IMG/VR virus record: IMGVR_UViG_3300016478_000046 | Location: 1-28,869 of that record | Direction: 5' to 3' (one strand) | Source of the DNA: a virus | Taxonomy: Duplodnaviria; Caudoviricetes | Length of the DNA: 28,869 nucleotides | Shown: in pieces, positions 23,738 through 28,869 of the stretch | Numbering within the stretch: the stretch's first letter is position 1 | Layout of the letters: every line of letters starts with the position of its first letter | Program-made: the position numbers and the translations under genes | The notes under the pieces: generated by a model | The model's database searches: none | Told to the model about the DNA's origin: nothing | Seen by the model: the letters and a program-made list of their open reading frames with translations, nothing else

Positions 23738-24112
23738 TTATTTATTGTTGTTATTTGTTGATAAGATTTGCTCATGTTTATTCAACATATCAATCTTATC
23801 ATTATAAATGTACAAACCAAGTCCCATGATTGTTGACACAAAAACAACACCACTAAGCACAATAGCTCTGTACGTTGCTAGTGTTTTCAATACATCTAAC
23901 TTAGTAGTTGAGTAATCAGCTTTCAATACTTTGAAATCTGTCTCAAAATTGTTTGCCCTTTCCTCATAAGCTAAGAACTTACCAAGAATAGTTGTCTGGT
24001 TTTGTAATAACAACGCTACATCATCTAACTTCTTGCCTGTGGCATCCATTTTGGTATCTAGTACACCAACACTCACTTCGAGTTTAGTAAGTCTTTCATC
24101 ACTTGTTGACAT
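23738..24112 (-). CDS. coiled-coil protein with C-terminal TM (holin/antiholin-like)
   Basis: ERLTKLEV coiled coil, single TM, lysis cassette position. Confidence 0.65.
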   Translation of the reverse strand: MSTSDERLTKLEVSVGVLDTKMDATGKKLDDVALLLQNQTTILGKFLAYEERANNFETDFKVLKADYSTTKLDVLKTLATYRAIVLSGVVFVSTIMGLGLYIYNDKIDMLNKHEQILSTNNNNK

Positions 24113-24365
24113 CGTTATCCCTCTTACCTACATAGCCTACTACACCGCCTGTAATCATCATACCAATAATGACATACAAAGTATCAAGCAAAGCAGTATA
24201 AACATTAAGATAGTGAAATGTGGGGACATTTAAGCTAAGTCCTATTAAAACACCCAACACTACCAAGACAACAGCACAAGCAGACATCAAACCCAAGAAG
24301 TGTCCTAAACGCTTTGTACTAGGCTCTCCCTTATTACTAAGAGCAGCTTTAATCCATTCTAACAT
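24099..24365 (-). CDS. putative holin (2 TM)
   Basis: GEPSTKR followed by two TM helices and a charged tail; adjacent to the endolysin. Confidence 0.65.
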   Translation of the reverse strand: MLEWIKAALSNKGEPSTKRLGHFLGLMSACAVVLVVLGVLIGLSLNVPTFHYLNVYTALLDTLYVIIGMMITGGVVGYVGKRDNDVNK

Positions 24366-24973
24366 TTGAAAATCCTTTTACATTTCTCAAGAAGCTCTGC
24401 TCTTTGTGTCAAACCGTTACTACCGCCATTGATAGCTTTGGTAACAGCCAACACATCATCTTTGTCAGCTAAAGCGTTTATCTTGTGTTTATTCCAGTAC
24501 CAACACCCCACCATGACAGCATAGAAAGGTTCTTCTAATAATTCAGGGTGTCTAATTGCTTCAACACCTGTTTCTAGTGTGAATTGGTAATAATTGGCTT
24601 TGAATGTCAGGTGACACAACCCTCTACCTCGATAAAGGAATCCATCTCCACTGTTCTCATCACCATTACCAAACCTATTAGCATACACACGATTAGCGAT
24701 AGCTTGTGGTTTACCTGCATAAGTAGTGGCAATTAGTTTGTTTGGAAAGTATTTAGGAAAAACAGTCATCAATCTTTCAGCAGATGTATAATTGGTGTTC
24801 TCTACAAACTTGGTAAAACCCACTGTCTCGTGTAAATATTGGCTAAAGAAATGAGATAAACGTAAAGGAGTATTAATGCTATATTTGGGGAGCAATTGAT
24901 TGAGAACAACAACCAATTCCTTACTTATCTTGCAATTTGGGGCTATCTGTTTTAGTTGTTGTTCTGTTATCAT
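24359..24973 (-). CDS. endolysin, glycoside hydrolase family 19
   Basis: HF.SQ..HET, YANR.GNG...GDG..YRGRG..LT...NY, TKAINGG.NGL. Confidence 0.93.
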   Translation of the reverse strand: MITEQQLKQIAPNCKISKELVVVLNQLLPKYSINTPLRLSHFFSQYLHETVGFTKFVENTNYTSAERLMTVFPKYFPNKLIATTYAGKPQAIANRVYANRFGNGDENSGDGFLYRGRGLCHLTFKANYYQFTLETGVEAIRHPELLEEPFYAVMVGCWYWNKHKINALADKDDVLAVTKAINGGSNGLTQRAELLEKCKRIFKC

Positions 24974-24974
24974 G

Positions 24975-26045
24975 TTACACCTTTATGATATAGTACATTG
25001 CAATGTTTCTTGGTCGAGTCTCACTCCCACCTGATGATGTTGTGTTATTAGTAGTTGGTGTTACGTCATTGCCACCACCAATTCCTAAATTTCCTAATGT
25101 ACCAGACATGGTAGCGGCTGAGTGTGTGTGTGATTCAAAAGAGTCATCTTGCCAAGAACCTATTGAGCGAGATGTATCTACACCTCTACCGTTATCAAAA
25201 CCTCTGATAAACTCCCCTCTCAAATCAGGTAGTGTGAAAGTGGTAGAGCCGTCCCCTACACCGTACAATGTACCTATGACAGAGAACAGTGCATTGTAAG
25301 TTGTTCTACTAACATTTGTGCCATTACACTCCAACCAACCAGAGGGAACGAGTGTTCCTGCGTAGGCTGTCACAGAGCCAACAGGTGTGGTTACAGCTAT
25401 TGTATTATCAAATTGGTCTTTACTGACAGCGTGAGTTGATAAGAAAGCGTTAGCTACATGAAACACGTTTAAGGTATTTCCGTATTTCTCAGCTTTAGTG
25501 TCTAATTGACTTTTGTTGACAGCTTCGTTACCAGTTGTACCATTCGCTACACTAAATAATTGAGTGGCATCACCGTTCTTTTGAGCAGCCTCAGTTTTAG
25601 AATAAACATCTAAGTTTGTTCTAGCTGTTGCAGTATTTGTAAGACCTGCTAAAGTGCTGTAATTGGTGATGTGAGTGTTAAGGTTTGTTTGTACTGTAGC
25701 AGCACTACCTTTGTCATCAAACGCAATAGCCCAATAAGCTGTCTCTGTCAAAGGGTCTTTGTTTGTCCCTGTTTGAATAGCTTTATAGACAACACCGTTG
25801 CGTTGTACATAAGAAGCATGACTGTTAGAGGTGTATTGATATTGTGTTGTGTTATCCCACTCAGGAATACCCATCTGTAAAGAGTAGGCAATAGCTGTAT
25901 CTTGTCTGTTTTGAAGCCAATTCATGTACTCATAATTTGGTTTTTCAACAATATGTCCTGCTTGTATTTTAGCACTATTTGGTGCTACAATGTTACCAGC
26001 ACTAGCCCATTGTTCTGAGTAGTCTGGTTTTGTATATTTTGCCAT
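24975..26045 (-). CDS. tail fibre protein with tail collar domain
   Basis: PVGS...P.GWL.CNG..VSRTTY..LF...TF.LPDLRGEFIRG; ETRPRNIA C-terminus. Confidence 0.92.
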   Translation of the reverse strand: MAKYTKPDYSEQWASAGNIVAPNSAKIQAGHIVEKPNYEYMNWLQNRQDTAIAYSLQMGIPEWDNTTQYQYTSNSHASYVQRNGVVYKAIQTGTNKDPLTETAYWAIAFDDKGSAATVQTNLNTHITNYSTLAGLTNTATARTNLDVYSKTEAAQKNGDATQLFSVANGTTGNEAVNKSQLDTKAEKYGNTLNVFHVANAFLSTHAVSKDQFDNTIAVTTPVGSVTAYAGTLVPSGWLECNGTNVSRTTYNALFSVIGTLYGVGDGSTTFTLPDLRGEFIRGFDNGRGVDTSRSIGSWQDDSFESHTHSAATMSGTLGNLGIGGGNDVTPTTNNTTSSGGSETRPRNIAMYYIIKV

Positions 26046-26164
26046 GTTTCACCTAGTCTTGTACTTTTAAAGTGTGCATTATAAATCACCTTTGTCACAC
26101 TTTCTTGTACTGTGGTAATTGATTAACTGTAAGCACTGTGCTGACGTAACTCCGTTTTTGGCAT

Positions 26165-26195
26165 AATAAACGCCTATCTTAATAAAGAGATAGGC
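26165..26195 (-). terminator. probable rho-independent terminator
   Basis: GCCTATCT/AGATAGGC stem (26172-26195) followed by GTTTATT on the minus strand. Confidence 0.6.
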
Positions 26196-26232
26196 ATAGT
26201 TTACGCTGTTTGCAGAGTGGTTTTAGGCGAGG

Positions 26233-26346
26233 TTACTTAGCACGAGGCCAAATCTGGCCAACACTGACCACGGTTTCCCAAATTAAGATATTAGATGACG
26301 CAATAGCCTCATCAAACGAAATACTCATGTCTTGAAGTAAAAACAT
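26233..26346 (-). CDS. 37-aa ORF (MFLLQDMSISFDEAIASSNILIWETVVSVGQIWPRAK)
   Basis: AAGGGTGA SD directly after the upstream stop; read manually. Confidence 0.6.
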   Translation of the reverse strand: MFLLQDMSISFDEAIASSNILIWETVVSVGQIWPRAK

Positions 26347-26355
26347 AGATCACCC

Positions 26356-27225
26356 TTAATAATAAGCGATCGCTAAACAACAATACTGTTGTCTACCCAC
26401 GTCAGAATATGAACCACCTGTAACACCAAGCGTTAGATAATTGACACCCCCAACACTAATAGTTTGAAGCATTCCTGCATCTGCATACGCATATGACAAA
26501 ATACTACGCGGTTTCCATTTTTGACGCGCGGGGTTAACGACTTCTGCATTAAACAGCATTGTGCTTGTACCGTTGTTTAACGTTGTGGTTTGTCCAATCT
26601 CATAACCTGTATTGATCGCACAACGATTGATTGTGTTTGTTTGACCTGTACTGTAATTACTTGCTTCAGACCTATTTCCATCTGACGTAGCACTACCACC
26701 TGCAAAGCGGTAACAAAACGTGCCTGTTGTTGTGGGATTTCCACCAGCATCACGACTGCGCTCTAGTGAAAATTTTAACATTGGCGAATAAGCAGCGTTC
26801 CACGCTGGAAACAGCGCAAAATTTAGCATTGAACCATCGCCACTGCTGACGTAGCTGACATAATCATTTGTTATATCAAAACCTCCGCTGGATGTAGACA
26901 GAGCAGCGTGTAAAACACCTGTAATGTTTCCAGCACCATCCGTGCCTTTACCAACTGTTGTTTTAAACACAACGAGTGTACTGTTACCACCGTATTCTAA
27001 TTTTAAAAATATTGGTGCAGTCGCTTGCAGGGTGTCATTAAATCTAAAAATCTCATAACCACGAACCATTGTGCCATTGACAACTGTATTCCAGTCTATT
27101 TGCCCAGTGTCACTTGTTTTCACAAGTCCAACAGCTTGAATAGCAGCAGATAATTTGCTGCCCCAGTCCCTAAGAAGTGCGTCTGTTGAAGATGCAGCTT
27201 TAGCTGTAAAAGATGCAACAGCCAT
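26356..27225 (-). CDS. putative tail-associated structural protein
   Basis: G/S/T-rich beta-type sequence within the tail module. Confidence 0.65.
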   Translation of the reverse strand: MAVASFTAKAASSTDALLRDWGSKLSAAIQAVGLVKTSDTGQIDWNTVVNGTMVRGYEIFRFNDTLQATAPIFLKLEYGGNSTLVVFKTTVGKGTDGAGNITGVLHAALSTSSGGFDITNDYVSYVSSGDGSMLNFALFPAWNAAYSPMLKFSLERSRDAGGNPTTTGTFCYRFAGGSATSDGNRSEASNYSTGQTNTINRCAINTGYEIGQTTTLNNGTSTMLFNAEVVNPARQKWKPRSILSYAYADAGMLQTISVGGVNYLTLGVTGGSYSDVGRQQYCCLAIAYY

Positions 27226-27228
27226 AAT

Positions 27229-27939
27229 TTAAGCTCCTGTTTTGACGTGATTTAACGTCACGGTAATTGTTTGTGTTGCACCACTTAAATTGGTGATGCT
27301 GTAAGGAATCGCGGCGGTATCGGCAAAACCATCGACCAATGGTGATAAATCTGCACTTAATAAATCAGCAGTAGAGATAAATTCAAACATCAAGCCGTGA
27401 TTACCTTGTGGGTCTGTACCAATCGAGCGTGTTAAATCCGCATCACGTTTTGCTGTCGATGTGTATAAACGCACGCGGCATGGGTGGTTAGTGGTTATTT
27501 GCAATAACTGATAGCGTGGGGAAATACTGACTGTACCACTTACACTCGTATTGGTAACAATAGAGCCTGATGTAAAAGTTACACCCTCACGAATGTATGA
27601 ACCTACTAACAAAGAGTAACTACCACCCTCGAACTTATAATGTTTGTTAGTATCTTCGTCATAAACAATACAACCCTCTGGTAAAGTGTAGAATGTCCAA
27701 ACATCTTCTACACGAACTGCTAGTTTGTTGTTTTGTCCTGCAAAAGCACCACTACCTGATGCAACAATGTAACGTGTTCCGTTTGTTGATACAGAAGGTG
27801 TTGCGGCAAAATCTAAAACTGTAATGTTAATATTAGCACCCAACTTAATTAAGTTAGAGTCCATACCAACATTCCAGTCATCTTCACCTAATGCCCAACC
27901 GTAATTTAAACCTGATACGGGGTCTTGCTTGGCTGCCAT
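27229..27939 (-). CDS. DUF2793-like tail-associated protein
   Basis: GLNYGW..GE..W..GMD.NL...P....G.RYIVA.G.GAFAG...LA....W.F...P.G. Confidence 0.75.
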   Translation of the reverse strand: MAAKQDPVSGLNYGWALGEDDWNVGMDSNLIKLGANINITVLDFAATPSVSTNGTRYIVASGSGAFAGQNNKLAVRVEDVWTFYTLPEGCIVYDEDTNKHYKFEGGSYSLLVGSYIREGVTFTSGSIVTNTSVSGTVSISPRYQLLQITTNHPCRVRLYTSTAKRDADLTRSIGTDPQGNHGLMFEFISTADLLSADLSPLVDGFADTAAIPYSITNLSGATQTITVTLNHVKTGA

Positions 27940-27943
27940 TTTA

Positions 27944-28579
27944 TTATCCTTGTATTAAATCGTATGATACGCAAATCGGAAGAGGGATAATGCTACCAAT
28001 GCTACTAAGCCCTCGTAAAAAGTATTCTTGTAACGGTGTTAATGTACCGTAATATGTGATGACGACATGAGCAGGTTGTACTTCATTTATCTCTGTGTCT
28101 GTTCTTTGTAAGATATAGTTAACAGCATCCATCACACCTTGAGGAGATGTGTTTGATATGTTAGCGGCAATCCTAGCTCTTAGAATAAATCTGTAGTCAT
28201 CATCATTTAATAGATAATCTTCACCCTCTTTATCCGACACAGACTTCCACACACCACCAATACTGGGGTTAGCTAATGTCCCAAATGTCTTAGCATTTGT
28301 TGCACCGTCAAAACCAAAGAAAGGGAACAATGTGAAGTCTATTAACAAACGAGGTTGACCAACAATAGCACCAATAATGTCTAATTGTGCGCCAACAGCG
28401 TTATCTAAATCTCTTAACTGTGTTAAATCTTTAAATAGGTTTTGAAGCTCTTGTAGCTCGTCCATGACAATTGTGATATAATTATCAAAGATAGGGTGAG
28501 TAGAATACTCAAATTGTTGTGTATATCTACCTCTAGCCTCTGCTGTTAAATCTTTTGTTTCAAAAGGTATGAGAGCCAT
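27944..28579 (-). CDS. baseplate wedge protein (DUF2612-like)
   Basis: LDNAVGAQLDIIGAIVGQPR, FFGF, L.DDDYR..LRARI..N. Confidence 0.85.
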   Translation of the reverse strand: MALIPFETKDLTAEARGRYTQQFEYSTHPIFDNYITIVMDELQELQNLFKDLTQLRDLDNAVGAQLDIIGAIVGQPRLLIDFTLFPFFGFDGATNAKTFGTLANPSIGGVWKSVSDKEGEDYLLNDDDYRFILRARIAANISNTSPQGVMDAVNYILQRTDTEINEVQPAHVVITYYGTLTPLQEYFLRGLSSIGSIIPLPICVSYDLIQG

Positions 28580-28588
28580 AAATCCTCC

Positions 28589-28869
28589 TTAAACAAAAGA
28601 GATAACGATATTACTACGAGATAGATTAGCAATGTTATTAAATGGAACAACAATGTTGATTGTTCCGCTTGGAGCTGGAGATGTGCCGATTGTTAACGAA
28701 GTAACATAGAAACCACCTGTTGCACTATTGATTGGTGTGTACAACCGACTATATAATACATCTTCTCCAATACCTAGTGTGCTAATATGTGTCAACAAAG
28801 CATCTTCGATAAGCGTTACACCATCACTAGGGAATGTACCGTCTTTAACAATAGTTATACTGATATAAA
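28589..28869 (-). CDS. baseplate J-like protein, C-terminal part (runs off the window)
   Basis: Frame open to the window end; L.IGEDV.YSRLY.PIN...V.SL.IG motif; upstream of the DUF2612-like gene. Confidence 0.8.
   Translation of the reverse strand, partial: YISITIVKDGTFPSDGVTLIEDALLTHISTLGIGEDVLYSRLYTPINSATGGFYVTSLTIGTSPAPSGTINIVVPFNNIANLSRSNIVISFV

Noticed and set aside
24270-24300. Lipobox-like LMSAC in the 88-aa protein (spanin?)
   Set aside because: Poor match to the lipobox, no preceding signal h-region, and followed by TM segments.

Overview
AT-rich segment of a tailed dsDNA phage genome, most likely a lytic myovirus of a Gram-negative host (inferred from the GH19 endolysin, baseplate J/DUF2612 genes and sigma70 promoters). 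There are three blocks. (i) 1-10216, minus strand: nucleotide metabolism and accessory genes (HNH nuclease, Dam-family methylase, nrdA/nrdB, thyX, MazG-like protein, beta-clamp-like protein, GIY-YIG protein, SF2 helicase-like protein). (ii) 10740-23693, plus strand: replication and repair genes (Srd-like protein, 5'-3' exonuclease, denV, T7 gp4-type primase-helicase, family B DNA polymerase, SSB, DsbA-like protein). Blocks i and ii diverge from a repeat-rich non-coding region that is an origin candidate. (iii) 23738-28869, minus strand: baseplate, tail fibre and lysis genes. The most striking signal is four dispersed, indel-free copies of a ~197-aa HNH-like (DKD)/AP2 gene. Homology runs from the ATG to a final Trp codon, has no shared stop codon, and ends 10-11 nt before the next gene's start in every copy. 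The copies are hypervariable at putative DNA-contact positions and are mosaics of one another, suggesting a mobile, non-polar nuclease cassette. No tRNA, rRNA, CRISPR array or integrase was seen. All family calls are from motif recognition by eye, not database searches.
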